DNA of 64,000 nucleotides from Nitrospinota bacterium (GTDB lineage: Bacteria > JADFOP01): the NCBI GenBank assembly GCA_022562795.1, contig JADFOP010000002.1:1-64000 (forward strand), written 5' to 3'. The notes beneath the pieces were generated by a model, which was not told the origin of the DNA, made no database searches, and worked only from the letters and a program-made list of their open reading frames with translations. The position numbers were made by a program, and so were the translations under genes. Each line of letters opens with the position of its first letter. Position 1 is the first letter of the stretch. Shown here piece after piece: positions 52,838-61,842 of this stretch.

Positions 52838-54994
52838 ATGCGCATCCGACGGATCCTCTTCGCCCTGCCCATTCTAGTTGGGGCATCTTTTCTGCTGGCA
52901 TTTCTCGTAGCTCGGGGTAATTTCGACCGAAGAATCAACCAGCTTGTCGTCAGCTCCATAGGCGACGCTGAAAAGCTTAACCCCATACTCCTGACCGACG
53001 CATCCAGTAGCTTCATAGCCGGGCTCGTCTTCAACGGCCTGGTCAAGTACGATGAGACCCAAAAGCACCTAATAGGCGAGCTGGCCCACCATTGGACCGT
53101 CACACAGAAGACGTTCGTCTATCTTGATCCGTCCGCCGGGCTCACCTCCACCGATGCGGCCGAGCGGCTTGGGGCCCACCTGGGACGGGAGGGACGAGCC
53201 ACCTATAAGGTGGAAGGCATTGAGCCGATTGGACCGACGAGCCTGGTCGTGCATCTGGCTACGGCGGGGAAGGCCATCGAGAAACCCCTGCTGGCCGCAT
53301 TGCCCAGCGGGGCCGTCGCGCCGATCACCCTCGTGACCGTGCGTTTAGACACCAGAGCCGCCCTCCCCGACGGCGCCCCCCTTTCATCGAACATCCTGGG
53401 CTCCCGGCTAAAGAAGTCGCTAGAGGAGAAACCCCTGCGGGCTGGCCGCCTCTTGGAGCTTGACCCGGAGCACTCCGGTCGTCTGATTCTAAAGGTCCTT
53501 GGACCCGCAGAGCTTACTGTCGAGCGGGTCGAGGGCCTCATCGCCACCCTCACCAAGGATGCCGGGCGTCCGCCGGACAAGCCCGTCGGATCCGTCATCA
53601 ATCGAGAGGTGCTTGTCGCCGACCATCGGCCCAGCATCACCTTTTTTCTGCGCGATGGGGTACGCTGGCACGACGGAGCTCCCTTCAGCGCCGAGGACGT
53701 GAAGTTCACCTACGAGAAGCTCATGGACGAACGGACCCAGACGGTCCGCCGACCAAACTTCGAGCTGGTGAGCTCCGTGGAGGTAATCGATCCCCTGACT
53801 GTGAGGGTCACCTACAAGCGGCCGTACGCCCCAAGCCTAGAGGCCTGGGGAATAGGGATTATCCCAAAACACCTCCTAGCGGACGACCCAGACATCAACA
53901 CGGCCTCTTTCAACCGCCGCCCAATAGGCACGGGGGCCTTTAAATTCTACGAGTGGGTCAGCGACGAGCAGATAACGGTGGTTGCCAACGAAGACTACTG
54001 GGAGGGGCGTCCCCTGCTCGACCGGATCGCCTTCCGGATCATTCCAGAGGCGGCCCTGAAGGAGCTGGAGTTCATGACGAGCGAGGTAGACCAAGACAAT
54101 CCCCAGCCACACCAGTACGCCCGAATTGCGGCCGATGAGCGCTTTCGTGTCTTCAGGCGGGTCGGCAACGGTTACACCTACATCGGCTGGAACCTCACCA
54201 ACCCCCTTTTCGCCGACCGGAAGGTTCGTCGGGCCCTGACCCACGCGATTAATCGGGAGGAGATCATCGAGTACATCCTGCATGGACTGGGTGTCATCGC
54301 CACGGGGCCCTTCCCGCCGCAGATGTGGTACGCTAACAACGATATTCGACCGCTGGCGTACGATCCGGCCCTGGCGAAGCGTCTGCTGGCCGAAGCGGGG
54401 TGGCGCGACACCGACGGCGACGGCATCCTAGATAAGGACGGCCGCCCCTTTCGCTTCCGGCTCATAACGAACAACGGCAACGTTGCTAGGCAAAACGTAA
54501 CCGTGCTCGTGCAAAGGCAGCTTCGGGAGGTGGGCATCGACGTCGAGATTCTCCTCTACGAGTGGAGCGTCTTCATCTCCCGGAAAATCAACCCCAGAGA
54601 TTTCGAGGCCTGCGTGCTCGGCTGGAGCCTGGGGCTCGATCCCGACATATACGAAATTTGGCACTCCAGCCAAGGGGAAAAAGGCTTTAATTTCGTGGGC
54701 TACGACAACCCTGCCGTGGACCGGCTCATCGAGGAGGGCCGGACCGAGTACGACCAGGCCACGCGAACCCGCATCTACCGGAAAATCCACAGGCTCATTC
54801 ACGAGGATCAGCCATACACCTTCCTCTTTGTGGGCGAGGGGACCCCCGCCCTCCACCGGGGAGCCTTCAAACTGCTGGAGACCGCCCCCGACGGACGAGA
54901 GCTCCTTCGGCCCATAGACATGCCCAAGGCGGGACTGTTCTACCACCTGATCCGGTGGATGCGCACCACTGGGCCTGTTCTGACCCCTAGTTAG
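52838..54994 (+). CDS. Peptide ABC transporter substrate-binding protein (family 5) with a large insertion
   Basis: LNPIL, LRDGVRWHDG.PF.AEDVKFT, PIGTG.F, VRRALTHAINR, DTDGDGILDK. Confidence 0.9.
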   Translation: MRIRRILFALPILVGASFLLAFLVARGNFDRRINQLVVSSIGDAEKLNPILLTDASSSFIAGLVFNGLVKYDETQKHLIGELAHHWTVTQKTFVYLDPSAGLTSTDAAERLGAHLGREGRATYKVEGIEPIGPTSLVVHLATAGKAIEKPLLAALPSGAVAPITLVTVRLDTRAALPDGAPLSSNILGSRLKKSLEEKPLRAGRLLELDPEHSGRLILKVLGPAELTVERVEGLIATLTKDAGRPPDKPVGSVINREVLVADHRPSITFFLRDGVRWHDGAPFSAEDVKFTYEKLMDERTQTVRRPNFELVSSVEVIDPLTVRVTYKRPYAPSLEAWGIGIIPKHLLADDPDINTASFNRRPIGTGAFKFYEWVSDEQITVVANEDYWEGRPLLDRIAFRIIPEAALKELEFMTSEVDQDNPQPHQYARIAADERFRVFRRVGNGYTYIGWNLTNPLFADRKVRRALTHAINREEIIEYILHGLGVIATGPFPPQMWYANNDIRPLAYDPALAKRLLAEAGWRDTDGDGILDKDGRPFRFRLITNNGNVARQNVTVLVQRQLREVGIDVEILLYEWSVFISRKINPRDFEACVLGWSLGLDPDIYEIWHSSQGEKGFNFVGYDNPAVDRLIEEGRTEYDQATRTRIYRKIHRLIHEDQPYTFLFVGEGTPALHRGAFKLLETAPDGRELLRPIDMPKAGLFYHLIRWMRTTGPVLTPS

Positions 54995-55003
54995 GAGGGA
55001 CGC

Positions 55004-55963
55004 GTGCCCAAGTATGCAATTCGCCGCCTTATCCAGGCCGTGCCGGTTTTATTCGGCATCACGGTGCTCTCCTTCATGATGATTCACCTCGCGCCGGGAA
55101 CACCTATAGGGCTGACCCTCGATCCAAAGGTCTCCCCGGCGGTAATCGAGCAGATGCGCAAGAACTTCCACCTGGATGAGCCCTACCACCGTCAATACTG
55201 GTACTGGCTGCGGGATATGGCGACAGGGGAGCTCAAGAGCTTCAAGGATGGCCGACCCGTCTTCACGAAGATTCTCGAACGGCTGCCGGCGACGATCCTT
55301 CTCAACCTCGTGGCCACCATCATCAGCTTCTCGATAGCCATCCCCTTGGGCGTCTACTCCGCCACCCACCAATACTCCAGGGGGGACCATGCCACCACCA
55401 TCTTATCGTTCATCGGGATATCAATGCCGAGCTTCTGGCTGGCCTACCTCCTCATTCTTCTGCTCGTCCAGGGGTTCGGGTTGCCGGTCCTCGGGGCTCG
55501 GACTTTCGGCCTCCAGGAGCTCTCGATCGGGGCGACGATTGCCGACCGGCTCTGGCACCTGCTGGTGCCCTCGTTGGTCATCGCCTTTGGCTCGGTCGCG
55601 GCTCTGTCGCGCTACATGCGGGGCAGCATGCTGGAGGTGACCCGCCAAGACTACATCACCACGGCCCGTGCAAAGGGGCTCTCCGAGGAGGACGTCCGAT
55701 ATCGACACGCGCTTAGAAACGCCCTCATGCCCATGATAACCATCTTCGGCTTCCTCATCCCCGAGCTCATCGGGGGCAGCGTAATCATTGAGACGGTATT
55801 TGCGTACCCGGGAATCGGGCGACTTGCTTTTCAGTCGGTCCTCTCCCGCGACTATCCAACCGTGATGACGCTTCTGGCGATTGCTGCGGTCTTAACGCTC
55901 ATCGGCAACCTTGTGGCCGACCTTCTCTATGCCGTCGTGGACCCAAGGGTCCAGTACGACTGA
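55004..55963 (+). CDS. oppB: Peptide ABC transporter permease (OppB/DppB)
   Basis: RLPAT, DYITTARAKGL, HALRNAL, DPRV. Confidence 0.92.
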   Translation: MPKYAIRRLIQAVPVLFGITVLSFMMIHLAPGTPIGLTLDPKVSPAVIEQMRKNFHLDEPYHRQYWYWLRDMATGELKSFKDGRPVFTKILERLPATILLNLVATIISFSIAIPLGVYSATHQYSRGDHATTILSFIGISMPSFWLAYLLILLLVQGFGLPVLGARTFGLQELSIGATIADRLWHLLVPSLVIAFGSVAALSRYMRGSMLEVTRQDYITTARAKGLSEEDVRYRHALRNALMPMITIFGFLIPELIGGSVIIETVFAYPGIGRLAFQSVLSRDYPTVMTLLAIAAVLTLIGNLVADLLYAVVDPRVQYD

Positions 55964-55967
55964 GGTG

Positions 55968-56885
55968 ATGATGTCGCTCGAGCGTGAGCACGTTGTGGAT
56001 CAGGAGCCGGTCAAGGCGGGCGAGCCGTACCGCCCGTGGGCCGAGCTCGCCCACCGTTTCGCAACCAACCGGCTCGCCCTGGGAGGGCTCGTGGTCATCG
56101 GCGCGCTTGTTGCGGTCTCGGCCGTCTACTTCGGCCTGGAGCTAACGGGAGGGGCTTGGCCCTACGACCCGGCGGCCACCGATGTGGCCAGTCGGTTTCT
56201 CGGCCCGTCTTTGGCTCACCCCCTCGGCACCGACCACCTGGGCCGCGACGTTCTCGCCCGCATGCTCTTCGGAGCCCGCATCTCCCTGATCGTTGGCTTC
56301 GTGGCTGTCGGCATCGCCATCACCATCGGGGTTGTCGTCGGGGCGACGGCGGGGCACTTCGCCGGGTGGGTCGATAACGTGCTGATGCGTATGGTGGACA
56401 TCGTCATCTGCTTCCCCCGGTTCTTCCTCATTCTCACCGTCGTGGCGCTGGTCAAGCCCTCGCTGTGGAATATCATCATCGTGTTGGGGCTGACCGGCTG
56501 GACGGGGACGGCCAGGCTCATCAGGGGTGAGATTCTTTCGCTCCGGGAGCGGGATTTCATCCAGGCGGCCCGCGCCGTCGGGGCCGGGGCGCCCCGGATA
56601 ATCCTCCGCCACCTCATCCCCAACGCCCTCACCCCCGTTCTGGTCTCGGCGACCCTTGGGGTGGCCGGGGCGATCCTGACCGAGGCGGGCCTCTCTTTTC
56701 TCGGATTCGGCGTCCAGCCGCCCCAGCCCACTTGGGGCAATATACTCACAGAAGGGCGCCTCTACATCTTCGACGCATGGTGGCTGACGGTCTTTCCGGG
56801 CCTGGCAATCCTTCTGACCGTCCTGGCCTTCAACCTCGTCGGCGAGGCCCTCCGCGACGCCTGGGACCCCAGGCTCAAAGTCTAA
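55968..56885 (+). CDS. oppC: Peptide ABC transporter permease (OppC/DppC)
   Basis: HPLGTDHLGRD, FIQAARAVGA, EAGLSFLG, LRDAWDPR. Confidence 0.92.
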   Translation: MMSLEREHVVDQEPVKAGEPYRPWAELAHRFATNRLALGGLVVIGALVAVSAVYFGLELTGGAWPYDPAATDVASRFLGPSLAHPLGTDHLGRDVLARMLFGARISLIVGFVAVGIAITIGVVVGATAGHFAGWVDNVLMRMVDIVICFPRFFLILTVVALVKPSLWNIIIVLGLTGWTGTARLIRGEILSLRERDFIQAARAVGAGAPRIILRHLIPNALTPVLVSATLGVAGAILTEAGLSFLGFGVQPPQPTWGNILTEGRLYIFDAWWLTVFPGLAILLTVLAFNLVGEALRDAWDPRLKV

Positions 56886-56892
56886 GGGTGAC

Positions 56893-56980
56893 GATCGCGG
56901 AAAAAAGTGGATCGCGGAAATAGGCAGAAATTAGCGGAAAAAAGAGGATCGCGGAAATTCGCGGAAAAACGCGGAAAATC
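56893..56980. repeat. Phased GCGGAAA repeat array (7 units, 37-bp higher-order period)
   Basis: Units start at 56897, 56914, 56924 (GCAGAAA), 56934, 56951, 56961 and 56971. Confidence 0.85.
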
Positions 56981-58178
56981 AGGAGAGACTGGAGACGGCT
57001 TTTCCGATCCGTGCGAGGCCTTCTTCAATGTCCTCCAGGCTCAAGGCGAATGAGAGCCTAAGGCAGCGGTCGTCGCCGAAAGGGATCCCTGGGACGACCG
57101 CCACATTGGCCTCTTCAAGCAAGAAGGCCGACACATCGAGAGAGCCTTGAAGCTCGCTCTCTTTGAACCGCCGCCCGAAGAGGCCCGAGACGTCCGGAAA
57201 GGTGTAGAACGCCCCCTGCGGGGTGGAGCAGGTGATTCCGTCGATGGAGTTCAGGCCCTTTACCATGACGGCGCGGCGACGGGTGAACTCGCTCAACATC
57301 GCCTCCACCTCTTTCAGAGGGGCGCGCAGCGCCTCGACGGCGCCCCACTGGGCGAAGGATGTTGGGTTGGAGGTAGACTGGCTCTGTATAGTGGTCATCG
57401 CGGCGATAACGCCCTTGTCGCCGGCGATGTAGCCGAGCCGCCAGCCGGTCATGCTGAAGGATTTGGAGAACCCGTTTGCGACCATGGTGCGGGCCTTGAT
57501 CTCCTCCGATATGGCGGCGATGCTCACCGGCTTGAATCCGTCGTAGACGATGTGCTCGTAAATCTCATCGCTCACAATTAGTAAGTCAGCCTCCTCGGCC
57601 ACAGCCGCCAGAGCCCGGAGCTCCTCTTCGGTGTAGGCCGCCCCCGTGGGGTTGCAGGGGCTGTTGATGATGACGGCCCGCGAGCGGTCCGTGAGGTGAG
57701 CCCTAAGGGTATCGGGCTGGACTTTGAAGCTGCCGTCGTCGGCGGGCGGGACGAAGACCGGTGTGGCATCGGCCAGGGCGACCATCTCAGGGTAGCTCAC
57801 CCAGTAGGGCTCAAGGATGAGCACCTCATCCCCGGCCTCCAGGCATGCCTGGAAGAGATTGTAGAGGCAGTGCTTCGACCCGCAGGAGACCAGAATTTCC
57901 TCGGGGGTGTAGCTGAGGCCGTTCTCCCGCGCGAACTTCTCCACGATCGCGGCCCTTAGCTCGAGGGTGCCTCCCACTGGGGTATGCTTTGTAAAGCCGT
58001 CGGCGAGGGCCTTGGCGGCCGCTTCCTTGATTGGCCCCGGGGTGTCGAAATCGGGCTCGCCGGCCCCAAAACCGATGACGTCTTGGCCGGCCGCCTGCAT
58101 GGCCCGGACCTTGGCGGTGAGCTCCAGGGTGACCGAAGGGTTGACGCGGCCCACCCTCTTTGCGAGTCGCATGCTCAT
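56979..58178 (-). CDS. aspC: Aspartate aminotransferase (class I)
   Basis: GAGEPDFDTP, NSPCNPTG, SDEIY, SKSFSMTGWRLG. Confidence 0.92.
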   Translation of the reverse strand: MSMRLAKRVGRVNPSVTLELTAKVRAMQAAGQDVIGFGAGEPDFDTPGPIKEAAAKALADGFTKHTPVGGTLELRAAIVEKFARENGLSYTPEEILVSCGSKHCLYNLFQACLEAGDEVLILEPYWVSYPEMVALADATPVFVPPADDGSFKVQPDTLRAHLTDRSRAVIINSPCNPTGAAYTEEELRALAAVAEEADLLIVSDEIYEHIVYDGFKPVSIAAISEEIKARTMVANGFSKSFSMTGWRLGYIAGDKGVIAAMTTIQSQSTSNPTSFAQWGAVEALRAPLKEVEAMLSEFTRRRAVMVKGLNSIDGITCSTPQGAFYTFPDVSGLFGRRFKESELQGSLDVSAFLLEEANVAVVPGIPFGDDRCLRLSFALSLEDIEEGLARIGKAVSSLS

Positions 58179-58187
58179 GGGGGTCTT

Positions 58188-58673
58188 CTACCGCCTGGTA
58201 AGTAGTTTCTGCTCAAGTGCCTGCTGAACGATCGGGGGGACGAGGCTCTCCACCTTCCCTCCGTACGCGGCGACTTCCTTGACGATGCGGGAGGAGAGAA
58301 AGGTATACTCATTGCCCGGCACCATGAAGACGGTCTCCACCTCGGGGTCGATCGTGCGGTTCATCAGGGCCATCTGGAACTCGTACTCGAAGTCGCTAAC
58401 CGCTCTAAGGCCTCGAATAATCGTATGGGCGCCCACCGACTTGGCGTAGTCTATCAAGAGCGTGGAGAAGGACTCCACACGGACGTTGCGTATTCCCTGA
58501 CACCCCTCCTTCATGAAGCGCAGCCGGTCTTCCAGGTTGAACAGGGGGGTTTTCTGCGGGCTCTCGGCCACCGCGACGATGAGCTCGTCGACGAGCTTCG
58601 CCGCCCTGGAGATAATGTCCAGGTGCCCGTTGGTGACCGGGTCAAAGGTCCCGGGGTAGAGCGCTTTTCGCAT
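58188..58673 (-). CDS. coaD: Phosphopantetheine adenylyltransferase
   Basis: YPGTFDPVTNGH, RGLRAVSDFEYE, SSRIVKE. Confidence 0.97.
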   Translation of the reverse strand: MRKALYPGTFDPVTNGHLDIISRAAKLVDELIVAVAESPQKTPLFNLEDRLRFMKEGCQGIRNVRVESFSTLLIDYAKSVGAHTIIRGLRAVSDFEYEFQMALMNRTIDPEVETVFMVPGNEYTFLSSRIVKEVAAYGGKVESLVPPIVQQALEQKLLTRR

Positions 58674-58771
58674 CTCGGTCTCTTCCGTTATTCGTAGAGG
58701 TGAGACCTCCATGAAGATGATCTCACCCCAACAGAGAACCAGGGGTACGCTAACCCATTGGCAGAGAAAGA

Positions 58772-58800
58772 ATTGTAAAATGAAGCGAGCGTGATGTCAA
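58772..58800 (-). promoter_or_regulatory. sigma70 promoter of coaD-aspC
   Basis: TTGACA-N17-TACAAT. Confidence 0.65.
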
Positions 58801-58883
58801 TCCGCCTGGAGCATTTTGCTCTCCCCAATGGGCGTGGGCATCTAGGCCGCCAGATGGCCGCAGGAGGCGGTAAGCGTGTTGGC

Positions 58884-59753
58884 CTACTCGCCCAAGCTGT
58901 CGAGAAAAGGGAGCATCTCGGCGAGGACCTCGGAGGGCCGCTCCTCCTGGGGCACATGGCCGCAGCCCGAAAACATCACGATACGGCTTCGGGCGATCTC
59001 CTCGCTGTAGCGGTCGGCCAAGGGTGGCGGTGTGACGCGGTCCTCCTCTCCCCACACTACAAGGGTTTCGGCTTCGATATCAGGCACCCGGGAAACGATG
59101 GCCTCCAGGTCCTCGGGCCAGAGGCGGGCTCCGGCCTCAAGGACGGCCCGCCGCCGCAGCCGGGCGCTCAGGGGGGCGGCGTAGCGCTCAACCAGGGCTG
59201 GGGTCAACAACGTGGCGTCGTAGAAGGCCCCCCCAATGGTTGCCTGCACGATGTGTTTGGCCGGCAAGAATTGGAGCGCTGCCGGGACTCCCGGCCATCG
59301 AAGGAGCCCCAGGTACCTGGGCATCGGCTGAGGGTACGCCGCAGGGGCCAGGAGCACGAGTCCCGCCACCGCCCTTGGCCGCTCGATGGCCTCAAGCAGC
59401 GCCAGGCCTCCTCCGAGGGAGTTTCCGACCCAAACAGCCCTCTCGACCGTCAACGCGGCCAGCGCCGCCTCCACGTGGTTCAAAAGCCCTCGGGGGGTGT
59501 AATCGGCTCGACGGGGGGCGTCGGTGGCGCCGTGGCCCAACAGGTCCACCGCCACCACCCGCCTTTTAGCGGCGATTCCTGGAATGAGGTGCCGCCAGGT
59601 GTAGCTCCACGCACCCAGGCCGTGAAGCAAGAGGACGGGAGGGTGCTCGTCGGGCCCACCCACATCGTAGACGGCCGTAGGGACAGGGCCGCAGGCGGTC
59701 TCGGCCACGATTTGTCGGGCAGGGGGAAAGGACGCCTCGACGTTCGCTGGCAC
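58884..59753 (-). CDS. Alpha/beta-fold hydrolase
   Basis: LLHGLG, DLLGHG, GNSLGG, WGEED, GHVPQEE. Confidence 0.9.
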   Translation of the reverse strand: MPANVEASFPPARQIVAETACGPVPTAVYDVGGPDEHPPVLLLHGLGAWSYTWRHLIPGIAAKRRVVAVDLLGHGATDAPRRADYTPRGLLNHVEAALAALTVERAVWVGNSLGGGLALLEAIERPRAVAGLVLLAPAAYPQPMPRYLGLLRWPGVPAALQFLPAKHIVQATIGGAFYDATLLTPALVERYAAPLSARLRRRAVLEAGARLWPEDLEAIVSRVPDIEAETLVVWGEEDRVTPPPLADRYSEEIARSRIVMFSGCGHVPQEERPSEVLAEMLPFLDSLGE

Positions 59754-59769
59754 GTGCGTGTGGGCGGCC

Positions 59770-60864
59770 TTACCCGGCCCCCTCCATGACCTCCAGGGCC
59801 GTTGCTAACGGGAGGTTGGCGACGGCGTCCATCTCCAAGAAGCCATCGGGCGGCCATCCCTCCCGGCGCACCCGCAGCGCGCCGGCCGCGGCGATCATAG
59901 CGGCGTTGTCGGTGCAGAGGGCCGGTGAGGGAATATGGAGGTTGAGGCTTTCAGCGGCGGCCGCCGCATCGAGACGGGCCCGAAGCTCGCGGTTACAGGC
60001 CACCCCGCCGGCCACGACCAGCTCCCGCGTGCCGACTTGGTGGAGCGCCGCCAGGGTCTTGGCCACCAACACGTCTACCACGGCTGCCTGGAAGCTCGCG
60101 GCCACGTCTTTGAGCGCCTGGGAGACCTCGGCCGTCAAGTCCTCCTCGCGGGGTGGGCCCTGGGAGCCGAAGGGGGCAGGGGCGATGGAGTGGTCGTCCA
60201 CGAAGTACTTCACCGCCGTCTTTACCCCGGAGAAGCTGAAGTCGAGGGTGTCGCGGTCCATGAGGGCGCGGGGGAAGGCGACGGCTTCGGGATCCCCCTC
60301 CTCGCTTAGCCGATCGATGATCGGGCCTCCCGGGAAGCTGAGCCCGAGGAGTTTTGCCACCTTGTCGAAAGCCTCGCCGGCTGCGTCGTCCAGGGTCTGG
60401 CCCAAAAGCTCGATCCGGCCAGGCCGGTCCACCCGGTAGAGCTCGGTGTGGCCGCCCGAGACGACCAGCGCCACCAGAGGGTAGTGGTAGTCGGCCCCTT
60501 CCAGGATCGGGGCCACCAGGTGGCCCTCAAGGTGGTTGACCCCCACACACGGTGTTGCGGAGGCATAGGCGAGGGCCTTGGCGCAGCTAAGCCCTACCAG
60601 CAGCGCTCCGATGAGCCCCGGCCCACGGGTGACGGCGATGAGGTCGATCTCTTCGAGCGTTGCCCCGCCCTCGCTCAACGCCGCACGGACAACCGGGAGA
60701 ATGTTCTCGGTGTGTCGGCGGCAGGCGAGCTCAGGCACGATGCCCCCGTAGCGGGCGTGGACGTCGAACTGTGTGGCGACGATGGAGGAGCGGATGTCGG
60801 AGGCGTCGGCGACTACCGCGGCGGCCGTCTCATCGCAACTGGTCTCGATTCCGAGAACGAGCAT
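59770..60864 (-). CDS. tsaD: tRNA threonylcarbamoyltransferase TsaD
   Basis: GIETSCDET, NHLEGH, SGGHT, GEAFDK, TDNAAMIA. Confidence 0.97.
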   Translation of the reverse strand: MLVLGIETSCDETAAAVVADASDIRSSIVATQFDVHARYGGIVPELACRRHTENILPVVRAALSEGGATLEEIDLIAVTRGPGLIGALLVGLSCAKALAYASATPCVGVNHLEGHLVAPILEGADYHYPLVALVVSGGHTELYRVDRPGRIELLGQTLDDAAGEAFDKVAKLLGLSFPGGPIIDRLSEEGDPEAVAFPRALMDRDTLDFSFSGVKTAVKYFVDDHSIAPAPFGSQGPPREEDLTAEVSQALKDVAASFQAAVVDVLVAKTLAALHQVGTRELVVAGGVACNRELRARLDAAAAAESLNLHIPSPALCTDNAAMIAAAGALRVRREGWPPDGFLEMDAVANLPLATALEVMEGAG

Positions 60865-60871
60865 GGGGCGC

Positions 60872-60900
60872 ATTATAGGTGAGGCCTAATGATGATTCAA
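60872..60900 (-). promoter_or_regulatory. sigma70 promoter of tsaD (likely leaderless)
   Basis: TTGAAT-N17-TATAAT, ending 7 nt before the ATG at 60864. Confidence 0.6.
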
Positions 60901-61820
60901 CGGGCGGAGATGAGCGTGGAGAGGGGCACCACGGTGATGCCCGCCTCGGCGAGCTTCGGCAGGTGTTCCTGAAGGGCGGCGATTGTGCTCGGGCGGGGGT
61001 GGCCAATGCCGATGGCCTCTCCATGCCGCCTAGCCACGGCTACGAGCCGGTCCATTTGGGCAGCCACGTAGTCGGCCCCCTCCGGCTCGTGGTCGAGGAA
61101 GATGTGGCGCGAGGCTGTCGGTATGCCCAGCTCGCGGGCGACCTCCGAGACCACAGACCGCGGGCTGGTGTAGCTGTCGAGGAAAAAGAGCCGGCGCTCT
61201 TTGAGTATGGTCAGGATGAGGCGCATCACCTCCTCGTCCTCGGTCAGGCGGCTTCCCATGTGGTTGTTGACCCCGACGGCGTTTGGGACAGCCGCGAGGT
61301 CCTCCTTGAGAACTTCCGCCATCGCCTCGCTGGTCATAGACTTAAAGATGGCGCCGGGGCCAGGGTCCTTCGCCGGGTAGTCGAGAGGCTCCATGGGCAA
61401 GTGAAGGAGCACGTCGCGGCCCGCCGCCGCCGCCGCCTCGGCGATCTCCCGGGAGTGGGTCAGTTTGGGAAGGACGGCGAAAGTCAGGGGCTGGGGGATG
61501 CCGAGCAGGGTTTCGGCTGCCTTCAGGCTCAGGCCGAGGTCGTCAATGACAATGGCGACGCGCGGTCCGCTGGGTACGGAGGGCTCGGGCGTGGATACGG
61601 CCGACGCGGCGGCCTCGGGCCTCGTGAGGGCGGACGCGGGAGAGGAGGTCGGGCGGGTGGGGGGAGGAGAGGTAGCCGTCCACATGAGCCAGACCGCCAC
61701 AGCCAGGGCTCCCACGGCCGACAGAGCCAACGGAAGGAGCCGGAGGCGGGGGCGACTCGACGTGGGTCCAGCCAGGGCGCCGAACAAGTCGCCTTTGCGC
61801 TCTTTGGCCTTTGGTCGCAT
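60897..61820 (-). CDS. Divergent polysaccharide deacetylase (YibQ family)
   Basis: IVIDDLG, HLPMEP, NNHMGS, FLDS.T, IGHP. Confidence 0.92.
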   Translation of the reverse strand: MRPKAKERKGDLFGALAGPTSSRPRLRLLPLALSAVGALAVAVWLMWTATSPPPTRPTSSPASALTRPEAAASAVSTPEPSVPSGPRVAIVIDDLGLSLKAAETLLGIPQPLTFAVLPKLTHSREIAEAAAAAGRDVLLHLPMEPLDYPAKDPGPGAIFKSMTSEAMAEVLKEDLAAVPNAVGVNNHMGSRLTEDEEVMRLILTILKERRLFFLDSYTSPRSVVSEVARELGIPTASRHIFLDHEPEGADYVAAQMDRLVAVARRHGEAIGIGHPRPSTIAALQEHLPKLAEAGITVVPLSTLISAR

Positions 61821-61842
61821 GGCTCTTAGCGGGGGCGCTGGA

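Noticed and set aside
56893-56980. Possible CRISPR array
   Set aside because: Units are 10-17 bp with no unique spacers, and no cas genes are present.
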